Notes: a model not told the origin generated them from the letters alone. A DNA stretch of 64,000 bases from Prolixibacteraceae bacterium (GCA_027858715.1 JAQICD010000118.1:7730-71729), one strand, 5' to 3'; numbered from the stretch's first letter, positions 10,048 to 21,173 are shown. Translations and numbers: made by a program.

Positions 10048-11139
10048 ATGAATGATAAAAAAATATGTTTTGTAAATACTTCGAAAACATGGGGTGGGGG
10101 CGAAAGCTGGCAGCTGGAAACAATATTGTCATTTCGCAACAAGGCAAAGGTAATTTCAATCACATCTGAAAAAAGTGAGCTTCATGCTAAAATAGTCGAA
10201 CATGGAGTTGAAAACTACACCGTTAAAGCCGGTAAATTTGCATATCTGAACCCTTTTAAATTTTACAGCATTTACAGGATGTTGAAAAAATTAGCACCTG
10301 ATACCATTTTATTCAACACTTCGAACGATTTCAAATTATTTACTATGCCGGCAAAAATGGCTGGCATCAAAAACATAATTTACAGGCGCGACAACGGTCG
10401 GCCTTTAAATCCTCACCCATTAAACAAATTATTGCTGCGTCGTGGAATTACTCATTTTGTACCATGTTCGCAATATATTGCCGATGTAGCCCTGAGCCGC
10501 GATCCTGGTTTATTCCCTAAAGATAAAATACGAGTGATTTACAACAGCATCGATATCGATAAGTGGGATAAACAGTCGATTATTGTTGAGAAAGAGGAAA
10601 ATGATGATTTTATATTTGGTTGTGTTGGTCGTTTGTCGGAAGAAAAAGGAGTGCTTTTTTTACCCGAAATTGCGCGTAAGCTTAAAGATAAAGGACTAAA
10701 ATTTAAAATAAAACTTGCCGGTACCGGACCGCTGCATCAGGAGTTGTTATTGTTGATGGCTAAACACGGAGTTGAAAAGCATATCGAAGTGCTTGGGTTT
10801 AGAGATGACGTGAAATCGGTTATGAATTCTATTGATTGTTTACTGATACCTTCGCATTGGGAAGGTTTACCAACAGTAGCCATTGAGGCAATGGCAAGCC
10901 GGAAACCTGTTATTTCGTTTGGTGTTGCCGGAAATCCTGAAGTAGTTAAACACGATGAAACCGGGTATTTAGTTCCTGCTTTCGATTTAGATCATTTTTC
11001 ACAAAAAATGGAGCATGTAGTTAACAATCCGGAGTTGAGTGTAAAGCTGGGTGTTAAAGGTCGGAAACTTGCAGAAACAGTTTTTTCGCGCGAAGTTACC
11101 AATCTTCAATTGCATCCTTTTTTAGTGGGATTGAACTGA
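10048..11139 (+). CDS. Glycosyltransferase family 4 (GT-B)
   Basis: WGGGE, VGRLSEEKG, PSHWEGLPTVAIEAMA motifs. Confidence 0.9.
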   Translation: MNDKKICFVNTSKTWGGGESWQLETILSFRNKAKVISITSEKSELHAKIVEHGVENYTVKAGKFAYLNPFKFYSIYRMLKKLAPDTILFNTSNDFKLFTMPAKMAGIKNIIYRRDNGRPLNPHPLNKLLLRRGITHFVPCSQYIADVALSRDPGLFPKDKIRVIYNSIDIDKWDKQSIIVEKEENDDFIFGCVGRLSEEKGVLFLPEIARKLKDKGLKFKIKLAGTGPLHQELLLLMAKHGVEKHIEVLGFRDDVKSVMNSIDCLLIPSHWEGLPTVAIEAMASRKPVISFGVAGNPEVVKHDETGYLVPAFDLDHFSQKMEHVVNNPELSVKLGVKGRKLAETVFSREVTNLQLHPFLVGLN

Positions 11140-11154
11140 TTGTTGGACAGGTAA

Positions 11155-13023
11155 TTATTCCTTTTCGCTTAATTCAAGCCAGCGTAGCTCTTTCTCGTCA
11201 AGTTCTGCTTTAACTTGTTCATATAAGTCCGATTGTTTCTGCAGATCTTCGTGACCATAATCTCCGGAACTCATTTTCTGTTCGAGATCTATCTTTTTAG
11301 TTTCGAGCTCTTCAATATCACTTATTAGTTGTTCAAACTCTCTCTTCTCATTGAAAGTAAGCTTATTCGGGTTTTTCTTTTTAGGTTTTTCGGTAAGCGG
11401 TTCTTTTTTGTTGTCATTCAACTCCTTGCGTTCGGCTTTATCTTTTTCATCTTTATAGTTCCGGTATATCGAATAATTACCCGGGAAATCTTTAATCTTT
11501 CCATTTTCATCGAACGCAAAAACATGATCTACTATTTTATCCATAAAATAGCGATCGTGACTAACGACTACTACACAACCGTTAAAGTTTTGCAGATATT
11601 CTTCCAAAACATTAAGAGTCATAATATCTAGATCGTTGGTGGGTTCGTCGAGGATAAGGAAATTGGGATTTAGCATTAAAACGGTACAAAGATATAACCG
11701 ACGCTTTTCGCCGCCGCTAAGGGTTTCAACCTTGGCATATTGTGCATCGTGCGAGAAAAGAAAATGTGTAAGTAACTGCGAAGCATTCCACTGTTTTCCT
11801 TCACCAAGATCGATGTATTCGGCAATTTCCTGAATAATGTCAATTACTTTATCCTCCGGATTAAAAATGATGCCTTCCTGCCGATAATAGCCAAATTTAA
11901 CTGTTTCGCCTATTTCAACATGCCCCGAATCGGGTTGCATGCGTCCGGTTATCAGATTCATAAATGTTGATTTGCCAGTTCCGTTTTCTCCAATAATTCC
12001 AATTTTTTCGAAACGCGAAAATTTATAACTGAAATTGTTCAGAACCTGTAATTGTCCAAAGCTTTTGTTCAGGTTATGAATGTCGATAATTTTTTTCCCC
12101 AGCCGTGAGGCTTTAATATTCAGGTTTAATGCTTCTTCCGACAGGTTTTTAGATGCTTTTTCTTTTAATTCTGAAAATGATTCAATCCGGTACTTGGATT
12201 TTGTTCCGCGTGCTTTGGGCATTCGTCGCATCCATTCTTGCTCGGTACGCATCAGGTTACGGGCTTTTTCAACTTCAGCCTTTAACTGATTTTGGCGTTC
12301 GGCACGCTTTTCAATAAAATATGAATAGTTGCCTTTGTATCTGAAAATGATTTTTTGGTCGAGCTCAAGAATTTCGTTGCAAACACGGTCGAGAAAGTAT
12401 CGGTCGTGTGTAACCATAAACAACGTCTGGTTCATTTTCTGAAGGTATTCTTCGAGCCATTCAATCATGTCGAGGTCAAGATGGTTGGTAGGTTCATCGA
12501 GAATAAGCAGATCGGGATTGTTGATAAGCACATTGGCCAGTGCTACTCGTTTTTGCTGACCACCCGACAGTTCACCAATTTTTTGTTCAAAGTTGGTGAT
12601 TTTTAGTTGTGAGAGGATTTGTTTTATCTTAACATCAAAATCCCAGGCATTTAGCCGATCCATTTTTTCGGTTGCATCCTGTAAATCAACTGCACCTGGA
12701 TTGTGAATTGCCTTTTCGTAATCGCGAACAGCCTGCACCACTTCGCTGGTAGAATGGTATATTTCTTCCATTACAGTGAGGTTTTCATTTTGTATGGGGT
12801 ATTGGTTCAGATAGCCAACAGTAATGTCATTTTTAAATGTCATCGTTCCCGAATCGGGCAAATCGGTGCCCATAATGGTATTCAGCAGGGTTGTTTTACC
12901 GGCACCATTTCGGGCAATAAGCGCTACTTTTTGTCCTTGTGAAATGGTAAAGTTCAAATCTTCGAACAAAACTAAGTCGCCCCAAAAACGTGTTAAACCT
13001 TCTACTTGTAAATATGGAATCAT
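11155..13023 (-). CDS. ABC-F family ATPase (Uup-like)
   Basis: Two ABC domains (NGAGKTT/LSGGQ, NGTGKST/LSGGE), no TM segments, C-terminal coiled coil ending RWLELSE. Confidence 0.93.
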   Translation of the reverse strand: MIPYLQVEGLTRFWGDLVLFEDLNFTISQGQKVALIARNGAGKTTLLNTIMGTDLPDSGTMTFKNDITVGYLNQYPIQNENLTVMEEIYHSTSEVVQAVRDYEKAIHNPGAVDLQDATEKMDRLNAWDFDVKIKQILSQLKITNFEQKIGELSGGQQKRVALANVLINNPDLLILDEPTNHLDLDMIEWLEEYLQKMNQTLFMVTHDRYFLDRVCNEILELDQKIIFRYKGNYSYFIEKRAERQNQLKAEVEKARNLMRTEQEWMRRMPKARGTKSKYRIESFSELKEKASKNLSEEALNLNIKASRLGKKIIDIHNLNKSFGQLQVLNNFSYKFSRFEKIGIIGENGTGKSTFMNLITGRMQPDSGHVEIGETVKFGYYRQEGIIFNPEDKVIDIIQEIAEYIDLGEGKQWNASQLLTHFLFSHDAQYAKVETLSGGEKRRLYLCTVLMLNPNFLILDEPTNDLDIMTLNVLEEYLQNFNGCVVVVSHDRYFMDKIVDHVFAFDENGKIKDFPGNYSIYRNYKDEKDKAERKELNDNKKEPLTEKPKKKNPNKLTFNEKREFEQLISDIEELETKKIDLEQKMSSGDYGHEDLQKQSDLYEQVKAELDEKELRWLELSEKE

Positions 13024-13033
13024 GCACTTTATC

Positions 13034-13414
13034 TTATTTTATTGCAATCGCTTCTATTTCGATTAAAGCCCCTAAGGGAAGTTCTTTTACAGCAAAAGCT
13101 GCTCTTGCCGGTTGTTCGGTCTTAAAATAGGACGCATAAACTTCATTCATAGCTTTAAAGTTAGCCATATCGGTAAGTAGGCAGGTTGTTTTTACAACAT
13201 TTGCATACGAATAGCCGGCTTGTTCAAGTATAGCACCAATATTCTCAAGTACCTGCGTGGTTTGTTTTGATATATCGGCTTCGACAAGTTTTCCGGTTTG
13301 TGGATTTAACGGCACCTGACCTGAAATAAAAAGCATTCCATTCATTTCGATAGCCTGATTGTAGGGGCCGACAGCCGCAGGCGCTTTTTCGGTATGTATT
13401 ATTTGTTTCTTCAT
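13034..13414 (-). CDS. ridA: RidA family reactive-intermediate deaminase
   Basis: APAAVGPYNQA, FISGQVP, PARAAFAVKELPLGALIEIEAIA. Confidence 0.9.
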   Translation of the reverse strand: MKKQIIHTEKAPAAVGPYNQAIEMNGMLFISGQVPLNPQTGKLVEADISKQTTQVLENIGAILEQAGYSYANVVKTTCLLTDMANFKAMNEVYASYFKTEQPARAAFAVKELPLGALIEIEAIAIK

Positions 13415-13426
13415 TGATTCTAAATG

Positions 13427-16183
13427 TTAGAAATCGTAACTGGTTTTATTGATTTTTAAGTCTTGCAGCATCGAAGCATTCGCCCGAATAGTAAATGTAT
13501 AATACGATCTGGTTCCAAATGGAGAGAAATCGAATGACATGGTCCAGCAGTGCAGGTCACGAACAATCGACATCTGCGTGTTTGTCATTTTCATAGCCGA
13601 AACATCGAAACCCGACGAGAAGGTTGCTTTCCATTTTGGTGTAATGTCAAAATTTCCATTCAATCTTATCGATTGCATAAAGTTTGGTTTACCTGATGTA
13701 TTTGAATAACGAAAAGTATAGCTTGTACTTACTCTCCATTTCATTTCAAAAGGAACATAACCATTGGTTTGGTTTGGCATGCCATTTACGTTGCCATCAT
13801 TTTTATTATTATTGCTCGTGTTGTTTAATTCGTCGTTAAGGTTAGTGTCTCCTAAGGTTGAGTCAGCTGGCATACTGTTTTGTTGTTCTGACTTATTTTT
13901 TTCCTGTAGCATCTTTTTTAACTTATCGGAACTATAACTAAAGTTAAAACCAGTACTAACACTAGTGAGGCGTCCCAAACGAGCCATGCCGGTTTTTTTA
14001 TTCCATTGAAATTCATCAATTCTTTTACCTTTTTCATCTAATGCATACGGATCAAGTGTGCCGCTAATGTTTATTGAGTTGCCAGCAATCTTTGTACGTG
14101 CATTCAGCGAAAATGTCGAAAGGTTAAACGATTCTGCCGCCAGGTTGTATGAACCGCTTACACCCAAATTATCAAAAATAGGGATCTTTTTAAAACTGTT
14201 TTCCGAGGTTGTATCTTTAGTGTCGGCTATTTTCATTTCAATATTGTTGTTCAGGCTAAAGTTAACCGAACCGCTGCGCCGACTGCTGGCCGAACCGTAC
14301 ATGCCATTCTGAAACCGGTTATATTGTTCTTCGTTACCTAAGGAATCAACCTGCACCCAATCCCAAAAACCAAACCGTTCGTCTCTAAAGTCGGGGCTGT
14401 AACTAAATCCAAAGCTCGGATCGATTTTATGCCTGATTGCTTTCAGCTTTGAGTTAGGATTTCTCATTGTGTACATTCCGTATAATGTAGTACTTGAACT
14501 AACACTGTAGCGATATTCGTAATTACGTTGAAACCCCTCTTTTCGCACTTCTTCAACATGCCCGTTAACCCGTTTACTCATTCCGGTTTGAGGATCAGTA
14601 ACTGAGTAGCCTTCGATCCAGTATTTTTCAATATGGTCGAAATACCAACGCTCGTTATAGCTAATAGACGGTACAACATTAACATGGTTAAATAATTTGA
14701 ATGAGGGCAGGGTAATTGGTATGTTATGTTTGATTCCTTTTTTCCATTCAGAATAAGGGGTCGTGAATAAAAGCGATTCTTTAGTGCTGATACGGCTTTC
14801 CAATTGAGCGCTATACGATATTTTAACATCTTCGTAAAAACGTTTTTTCCCAACACGCTTCTTCCGTTCAAGTGGGTTTATGCTTCGCATATTAATATTC
14901 AGGGAGGGTAGCGAAAGCGTTACCGTGGAGTCGCGTGTGTTTTGCCGTGCACTAACCGAAGCCGATAAGCTGAATGGCGAATTGGGGAATGTTTTCCGAT
15001 AATTTACAGTTGAAGATTTACTGTTTTCAAGAAACTTCTGTGTATCGTATTCGTTTTCTTTATTGTAACCACTTGAAGAGAAATCGACAGATGCCGAAAA
15101 AGTTTGAGTGGGGTTGGCTTTTGAATCCTGTGAATGGCTCCATCTAAGACTATAGTTGGAGCTTTTAGTTTGGTTTATACCTCGTTCGCCCCTTGCCGAC
15201 ATTGTATAACTAAAACCAAAACTCCCCGAAAATTTATAACGAAGTCGATAATTGGTTCTCATGTTAATGCCCCATTTACCTTTAGAATATACATCACCGG
15301 TTATTCTGAAATCAAAATAATCGTTTGCAGCCCAGTAAAATCCACCGTCTTTCAGGTAAAAACCATAATTTGATTCTTCGCCGTATTGCGGTATTATTAC
15401 GCCCGACGAGTACGTTTTATCGTATGTGGGAATGTAGCCGTAGGGAAGAAATGGCGCGTATATAGGAAAATCTTCAAGAACCATGTAAGCTCTACCAGTT
15501 ATAATTGCCTTATTTCTGATAACTTTTCCCTTTGTCATTCGGAGATAAAAGTGTGGATGTTCAGCATCACAGGTAGAATATTTCCCATCAACCATGCAAT
15601 ATATATCTTTACTCATCATTTTCGCCTTGTCGCTGCGAACAATACCGTCCTGCTGTTCGGTTACAACATTTTCAACAAAGCCTTTTCCGGTTACAAAATT
15701 GTAACGTAACGATTTGCAATCGAACTCCTCGCTGCCTTCCGAAAAATGTGGCTTTTGAATGAGATTACCCAGCGAATCTTCAATTCCGGTAGCGTATATT
15801 TCTTTTGTGGCAAAATTTACAGAAATATAACCTGCATCAAGCTTGATTGTTCCGTATTCGATATTTGCACTGCCATAAAGATGTACAATCTGCTGTCCGT
15901 TTTCCATCAACACCGACATTGAATCGACTGAATTGTAGTCAATAGGAGCTTCAATAATCTGTTTCGATTTCGTTTTTTTTGTAGCTACAACAGCCGAGTC
16001 GGCAATAGAGTTGTCTGCCGTTTCAGAAATGAATGATGAATCGATTGCCATTGAATCCGTATCAATTATACTGCTGTCGGCATTTTTTTGATTGGGAAAC
16101 AGGTTGATGTCATTTTGCGCATAAATGGTTAACATGCTTGTTAACCAAATAAATAAGGCTGATATGTATTTAGCGTATTTCAA
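13427..16183 (-). CDS. LptD-like LPS-assembly outer-membrane protein
   Basis: 918 aa, signal peptide, YSTCD..HPHFY, RDLHCW; ridA-lptD/amidase synteny typical of Bacteroidota. Confidence 0.85.
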   Translation of the reverse strand: MKYAKYISALFIWLTSMLTIYAQNDINLFPNQKNADSSIIDTDSMAIDSSFISETADNSIADSAVVATKKTKSKQIIEAPIDYNSVDSMSVLMENGQQIVHLYGSANIEYGTIKLDAGYISVNFATKEIYATGIEDSLGNLIQKPHFSEGSEEFDCKSLRYNFVTGKGFVENVVTEQQDGIVRSDKAKMMSKDIYCMVDGKYSTCDAEHPHFYLRMTKGKVIRNKAIITGRAYMVLEDFPIYAPFLPYGYIPTYDKTYSSGVIIPQYGEESNYGFYLKDGGFYWAANDYFDFRITGDVYSKGKWGINMRTNYRLRYKFSGSFGFSYTMSARGERGINQTKSSNYSLRWSHSQDSKANPTQTFSASVDFSSSGYNKENEYDTQKFLENSKSSTVNYRKTFPNSPFSLSASVSARQNTRDSTVTLSLPSLNINMRSINPLERKKRVGKKRFYEDVKISYSAQLESRISTKESLLFTTPYSEWKKGIKHNIPITLPSFKLFNHVNVVPSISYNERWYFDHIEKYWIEGYSVTDPQTGMSKRVNGHVEEVRKEGFQRNYEYRYSVSSSTTLYGMYTMRNPNSKLKAIRHKIDPSFGFSYSPDFRDERFGFWDWVQVDSLGNEEQYNRFQNGMYGSASSRRSGSVNFSLNNNIEMKIADTKDTTSENSFKKIPIFDNLGVSGSYNLAAESFNLSTFSLNARTKIAGNSINISGTLDPYALDEKGKRIDEFQWNKKTGMARLGRLTSVSTGFNFSYSSDKLKKMLQEKNKSEQQNSMPADSTLGDTNLNDELNNTSNNNKNDGNVNGMPNQTNGYVPFEMKWRVSTSYTFRYSNTSGKPNFMQSIRLNGNFDITPKWKATFSSGFDVSAMKMTNTQMSIVRDLHCWTMSFDFSPFGTRSYYTFTIRANASMLQDLKINKTSYDF

Positions 16184-16351
16184 TAGTTTTTAAAATTTGG
16201 CCTCAAAAATAATTTAATTATCCGTATGCATTATAAGAAATAGAGGTTTTTCGGAAATAAACCGTTGCTTTGGTCTAAAATAATATTTTATAATTATCAT
16301 CGTTTTTTTAACTATATATTTGTCGAAATATTATCACAAAAACATCAAAAA

Positions 16352-17506
16352 ATGTTAAGAATTTCATTCATACTATTAATAATTACATTAACAACGGCCA
16401 CTCTGCACAATATTCGTGCTCAAGATAGTGGATTTGAACTAAAAACTGTTGTTATTGATCCGGGGCATGGTGGAAAAGACCCTGGAGCAGTTATTAGAAA
16501 TATAAAAGAAAAAGATATAGTACTTGATGTAGCTTTAAGAACAGGAGCTGAAATTAAAAAGGTTTTTCCGAGTGTAAATGTTATTTATACCCGCGATAAA
16601 GATGTTTTTGTACCGCTTGATAAAAGAGCTGAAATAGCCAATAAAAACGAAGCTGATTTATTCATATCTCTACATGTTAATTCATTTCGAACAACATCGA
16701 TACGCGGTGCGGAAACATTTGTTTTGGGACGACACCGTACCGAAGAAAATCTCAAGGTGGCTCAAATGGAAAACTCGGTGATATTACTTGAGGATGACCA
16801 TACAACACGATACGAGGGATTTGATCCAAATTCGGCAGAATCATATATTATGTTCGAATTGATTCAGAACGAATTTCTTGAACAAAGTTCTTTCTTTGCC
16901 GATCAAATTCAAAAAAGCTTTGTCTTTAAGGCAAGCCTTAAAGACAGAGGCGTTAAACAAGCAGGTTTTTTAGTGTTAAGGCAAACAGCAATGCCATCGG
17001 TATTAGTTGAATTGGGCTTTTTAAGTAACAATAACGACAAAATTTACATGCTCAGTAACGAAGGCAAGACAAAAATGGCTCAGTCTATTGCCAATGCGTT
17101 TGCAAGTTACAAAAAGCGAATTGATGCAAGATCGGCAGTGACTGTTAAAAAAACAGTCGATCCAGAAGTGGTCGCTTCCAAGAAAATAGATGAAAATTTA
17201 GCTGCAACTGCACAAAAACCTGCTGAGGCAGGTATCCATAAACTCGATGAATACACTGCGAATGGAGTGTGGTACTCGCTTCAGATACTTGCCAGCCGCG
17301 AAGAACTTTCTGCAAGTAATAAGGCTTTCAACAGATTTGAAACAATTTTTGTATATAATGATGATGGTTGGTACAAGTACTACGTTGAATTACTATCTGA
17401 TTACAATAAAGCTTTAGAAAGACATGGCGAAATTAAAAAAATAAATGGTGAAGCTTTTTTGGTACAGTTCGAAAATGGGAGAAAAATAAAAGTGCTTAAA
17501 TATTGA
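16352..17506 (+). CDS. N-acetylmuramoyl-L-alanine amidase (Amidase_3)
   Basis: VVIDPGHGGKDPG, FISLHVN, PSVLVELGF. ATG at 16352 follows a TATATTTG promoter at 16315-16322. Confidence 0.93.
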   Translation: MLRISFILLIITLTTATLHNIRAQDSGFELKTVVIDPGHGGKDPGAVIRNIKEKDIVLDVALRTGAEIKKVFPSVNVIYTRDKDVFVPLDKRAEIANKNEADLFISLHVNSFRTTSIRGAETFVLGRHRTEENLKVAQMENSVILLEDDHTTRYEGFDPNSAESYIMFELIQNEFLEQSSFFADQIQKSFVFKASLKDRGVKQAGFLVLRQTAMPSVLVELGFLSNNNDKIYMLSNEGKTKMAQSIANAFASYKKRIDARSAVTVKKTVDPEVVASKKIDENLAATAQKPAEAGIHKLDEYTANGVWYSLQILASREELSASNKAFNRFETIFVYNDDGWYKYYVELLSDYNKALERHGEIKKINGEAFLVQFENGRKIKVLKY

Positions 17507-18127
17507 AGGTTTTTCAATCAATATCAAACATGTAAATACATCTTTTACAACACAAAGGAGTAGAAGTTCTATTTATTTATGTATTGAAATAAAGAAACAG
17601 TTTACTATTATATATTATTTCATTGCTGAATAAATCACAATGTAAATATGATGTTAGAAGAGGGGGGTATTAACAAATTTAAAAGCTTAACCTAACCTTG
17701 AAATAATCTACTAAAAACAAGTAGTTGAACTCATCTGTTAAAAGTTTTTTGATGCATGTTATTGACAACCGGTTATAATAATACATTCAAATATTGTATT
17801 TAATTATACACATAGAAGTTGCATTTTAAACATAATGTGACTGTAAAAAATTTGAAAATGTTTTTATTTTAGTCATGTTGATTAAATAGGTTATATATCA
17901 ACTCATTAAAAGAATTGACATTTGTTTAATAGCCACATATACAGTATTTTATGTGTTTTAAATGTTGAAGAAAAATATTGTCATTGAAAAACAAATGATT
18001 AAAACTTCTTTTTAAAAAACAAGTGTTATTAAATTTTTTTTTCAGCTATTTTTTTCACACTTTTGTTTTTGATAACACAGCAACCCTAATTATTAATAAC
18101 AAACTTTTAAAATTCCAGCAACCCAAA

Positions 18128-19558
18128 ATGAATAGAAATCATAACCAAATATGGAATGATTGCCTTACTGTAATTAAAGACAATGTACAACCCATAAGTT
18201 TCCGTACTTGGTTTGAGCCGATCAAACCCCTCAGGATCGAAGGTAATGTATTAACAATACAGGTTCCAAGTCCGTTTTTTTACGAGTACTTAGAAGAGCA
18301 ATATATAGATATATTGCGAAAAACATTGCGCAAAGTAATTGGCACACATGCAAAACTTGAGTACAATGTTGTTATGAGTGACCAAAATGAGCAAACAAGA
18401 AATCCGCTCACTGTTAATTACCCCACAAATAATAATTCAAAACTGAATAATCGCCCTTTATCTGCGCCGATTAAAACAGATACAAAATCAATTAAAAATC
18501 CTTTTGTTATTCCGGGAATACAAAAATTGCATATCGACCCGCAACTTAAGCGTGATAATACCTTTAATAATTTTGTAGAGGGAGAATGTAATCGCTTGGC
18601 TCGTTCTGCCGGTTATGCTGTAGCACAAAATCCCGGAGGTACTGCATTTAATCCATTGATGATTTATGGAGAAAGTGGACTTGGGAAAACACACCTTGCA
18701 CAGGCAATCGGTATAGAAGTGAAAGAAAGTCTTCCAGATAAAATAGTGCTTTATGTAAATGCAAACAAATTTATTACCCAGTATTCCGAAGCAGCAGTGA
18801 ATAACACGCGTAACGATTTTTTGCATTTTTATCAAATGATAGATGTACTTATTATAGATGATGTACATGAATTTGCAGGTAAAATAAAAACACAGGAAAC
18901 CTTTTTCCACATATTCAATCACTTACATCAGTTGGGAAAACAATTGATACTAACATCTGATAAAGCACCCATCGAAATTAAAGGAATTGAACAACGCTTG
19001 CTGTCAAGGTTTAAATGGGGACTAACAACCGACTTGCAGAATCCCGATTACGAAACCCGATTAGCAATACTTCGAAACAAAACCTACAAAGATGGGCTAA
19101 ATATGCCTGATGATGTGCTGGAATACATTGCAAAAAAAATTGATACGAATGTACGTGAACTTGAAGGTGCATTAATTTCGCTTTTAGCACAATCAACCTT
19201 AAATAAAAAGGAAATTACTGTTGATTTGGCAATTGAGCTAATCAATAAAATTGTGAAAAACAGTAAACATGAAATAACTATCGACTATATTCAAAAAGTT
19301 ATTTGTGAATTTTTTGATATGCCTGTCGATTCGTTACAATCGAAAACGCGCAAACGCGATATTGTTCAGGCTCGTCAATTAGCGATGTATTTTTCTAAAA
19401 CAATGACAAAATCATCGCTGGCAGCTATTGGTGCTCAAATTGGGAGAAAAGACCATGCAACTGTTTTGCATGCATGCAAAACAGTGAGCAATTTAATTGA
19501 TACCGACAGGCAATATAGAAACGATGTCGAAGAAATTGAACGTCGATTAAAAGTTTAG
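18128..19558 (+). CDS. dnaA: Chromosomal replication initiator DnaA
   Basis: FRTWFEPI, GESGLGKTHL, RELEGA, DHATVLHAC. Likely start is ATG 18128. Confidence 0.98.
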   Translation: MNRNHNQIWNDCLTVIKDNVQPISFRTWFEPIKPLRIEGNVLTIQVPSPFFYEYLEEQYIDILRKTLRKVIGTHAKLEYNVVMSDQNEQTRNPLTVNYPTNNNSKLNNRPLSAPIKTDTKSIKNPFVIPGIQKLHIDPQLKRDNTFNNFVEGECNRLARSAGYAVAQNPGGTAFNPLMIYGESGLGKTHLAQAIGIEVKESLPDKIVLYVNANKFITQYSEAAVNNTRNDFLHFYQMIDVLIIDDVHEFAGKIKTQETFFHIFNHLHQLGKQLILTSDKAPIEIKGIEQRLLSRFKWGLTTDLQNPDYETRLAILRNKTYKDGLNMPDDVLEYIAKKIDTNVRELEGALISLLAQSTLNKKEITVDLAIELINKIVKNSKHEITIDYIQKVICEFFDMPVDSLQSKTRKRDIVQARQLAMYFSKTMTKSSLAAIGAQIGRKDHATVLHACKTVSNLIDTDRQYRNDVEEIERRLKV

Positions 19559-19584
19559 AATGAATTTTAGATAAAACAATAAAG

Positions 19585-19612
19585 AAGCAGATTATAACGA
19601 TCTGCTTTTCTT
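19585..19612 (+). terminator. Terminator after dnaA
   Basis: AAGCAGAT/ATCTGCTT stem followed by TTCTT. Confidence 0.6.
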
Positions 19613-19624
19613 GTAATTATACTT

Positions 19625-20485
19625 ATGATTTATCTTTGGTTGAGTATCTTATCTTCTACCGGAATTTATTTTTTATTTAAAATCCGGAATAAAATGAAAG
19701 CCGATTTGCATGGAATAATTGTCGTGAATTATTTTGTTGCAACACTTTTAGGTCTTTTAAATCAAGATATTAACAAGATAACATCTGTTCTCCAACAAGC
19801 TGCCTGGTTGCCCATTGCTGTAATAATTGGTTTTTTATTTGTAGTAATGTTCTTCCTTATAGGTAATTCAACACATAAAGCCGGAATTGTAATTACAACG
19901 CTTGCAACCCGCATGTCGATGGTTTTTCCCATCTTCTTTTCAATGTTTTTATTCGACGAAGATGTTACGGTAATCAGGCTCATAAAAATTGCTATAACTT
20001 TAATAGCTGTAGTTATGGCCATTTACCGTAAACCCGATAAAAGTATTAAACGAATAGCTGTAATAATTCCGTTTGTTTTGTTTGTAGGGTCGGGTAGTGT
20101 TGATACATTGGTAAAAGCCGCACAGCATTTGTTTGTACCCGATAACGAAATATCAATTTTTTCGTCGGTATTGTTTGCCACATCATTCATTGGGGCTTTG
20201 TTGGCACTTTTTATCAAAAAACCGGTGAAAAACTCGATATCTTTACAGACACTTATTATTGGAGTGGCATTGGGCTTTGCCAACTGGGGGTCGTTGTTTT
20301 TTATAATGAAGGCGCTCAATCATAGCCAAATGGATAGTTCATTGGTGTTTGGAGTGAATAACCTGGCCATTGTTAGTTGTTCGCTAATTCTGGGCTATAT
20401 TGTTTTTAAAGAAAAACTGAGCCGTTTGAACTGGTTAGGTATTTTTCTTTCAATTATATCTATAATTCTATTAATCAGATATTAA
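19625..20485 (+). CDS. DMT/EamA family transporter
   Basis: About 10 TM helices with duplicated EamA pattern (FDE, FKEKLS). Confidence 0.8.
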   Translation: MIYLWLSILSSTGIYFLFKIRNKMKADLHGIIVVNYFVATLLGLLNQDINKITSVLQQAAWLPIAVIIGFLFVVMFFLIGNSTHKAGIVITTLATRMSMVFPIFFSMFLFDEDVTVIRLIKIAITLIAVVMAIYRKPDKSIKRIAVIIPFVLFVGSGSVDTLVKAAQHLFVPDNEISIFSSVLFATSFIGALLALFIKKPVKNSISLQTLIIGVALGFANWGSLFFIMKALNHSQMDSSLVFGVNNLAIVSCSLILGYIVFKEKLSRLNWLGIFLSIISIILLIRY

Positions 20486-21099
20486 TGAGAGCCGAAGACA
20501 CTTATAAAACGATAGCATCACCGGCCAAAGGACTTTTTAAAGATAAAGGCAGTAAGTTTATAGCTTATGCATACCCTGTAAAAAATGAGAACGAAGTTAA
20601 AGAGCATATTCGTGTTCTGAAAGAGCTGCATTATAAAGCTCGGCATCACTGTTATGCCTTCAGAATAGGCAAGAATGGCGAGCAGTACCGTGCAAACGAC
20701 GATGGAGAGCCATCGGGAACAGCAGGACGACCTATTCACGGTCAGCTGCTTATTTATGAACTCACCAATATTCTGGTTGTAGTAGTGCGTTATTTTGGTG
20801 GAACATTGCTGGGTACCAGTGGCTTAATTAATGCATATAAAACAGCAACAAGCGAAGTGCTGGAGCAGGCTGATATTATTGAGAAAATCGTAACCGATAT
20901 TTACAGTGTACGTTTCGACTATACCGTACAAAGTAATGTAGAGCGTATTATAAAAGAATTTGATCTTACAATAGTAAAATCGATTTACGAAATGGATTGT
21001 ACCTACGAAATTGAAGTGCGAAAAAATCATACGGATGTTGTAGCCGAAAAACTCAAAAAAGTGGAGGGGTTGAAATTAACTTTAAGGTGCGAAGGATAA
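20485..21099 (+). CDS. YigZ/IMPACT family protein
   Basis: KGSKFIAYA, ARHHCYA, DDGEPSGTAG, VVRYFGGTLLG. Confidence 0.93.
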   Translation: MRAEDTYKTIASPAKGLFKDKGSKFIAYAYPVKNENEVKEHIRVLKELHYKARHHCYAFRIGKNGEQYRANDDGEPSGTAGRPIHGQLLIYELTNILVVVVRYFGGTLLGTSGLINAYKTATSEVLEQADIIEKIVTDIYSVRFDYTVQSNVERIIKEFDLTIVKSIYEMDCTYEIEVRKNHTDVVAEKLKKVEGLKLTLRCEG

Positions 21100-21173
21100 A
21101 TTTCAATATAAAAGCTGAAAAGCATAAAAAAAGTCATGTCGAGTATGTCGATTATTATTAATTTTGAATTTTG

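Noticed and set aside
18023-18127. N-terminal extensions in the ORF track (dnaA, dnaX, pheT, kdsA, amidase, DUF456)
   Set aside because: Upstream TTG/GTG starts run through promoter or UTR sequence; homology begins at the downstream ATG.
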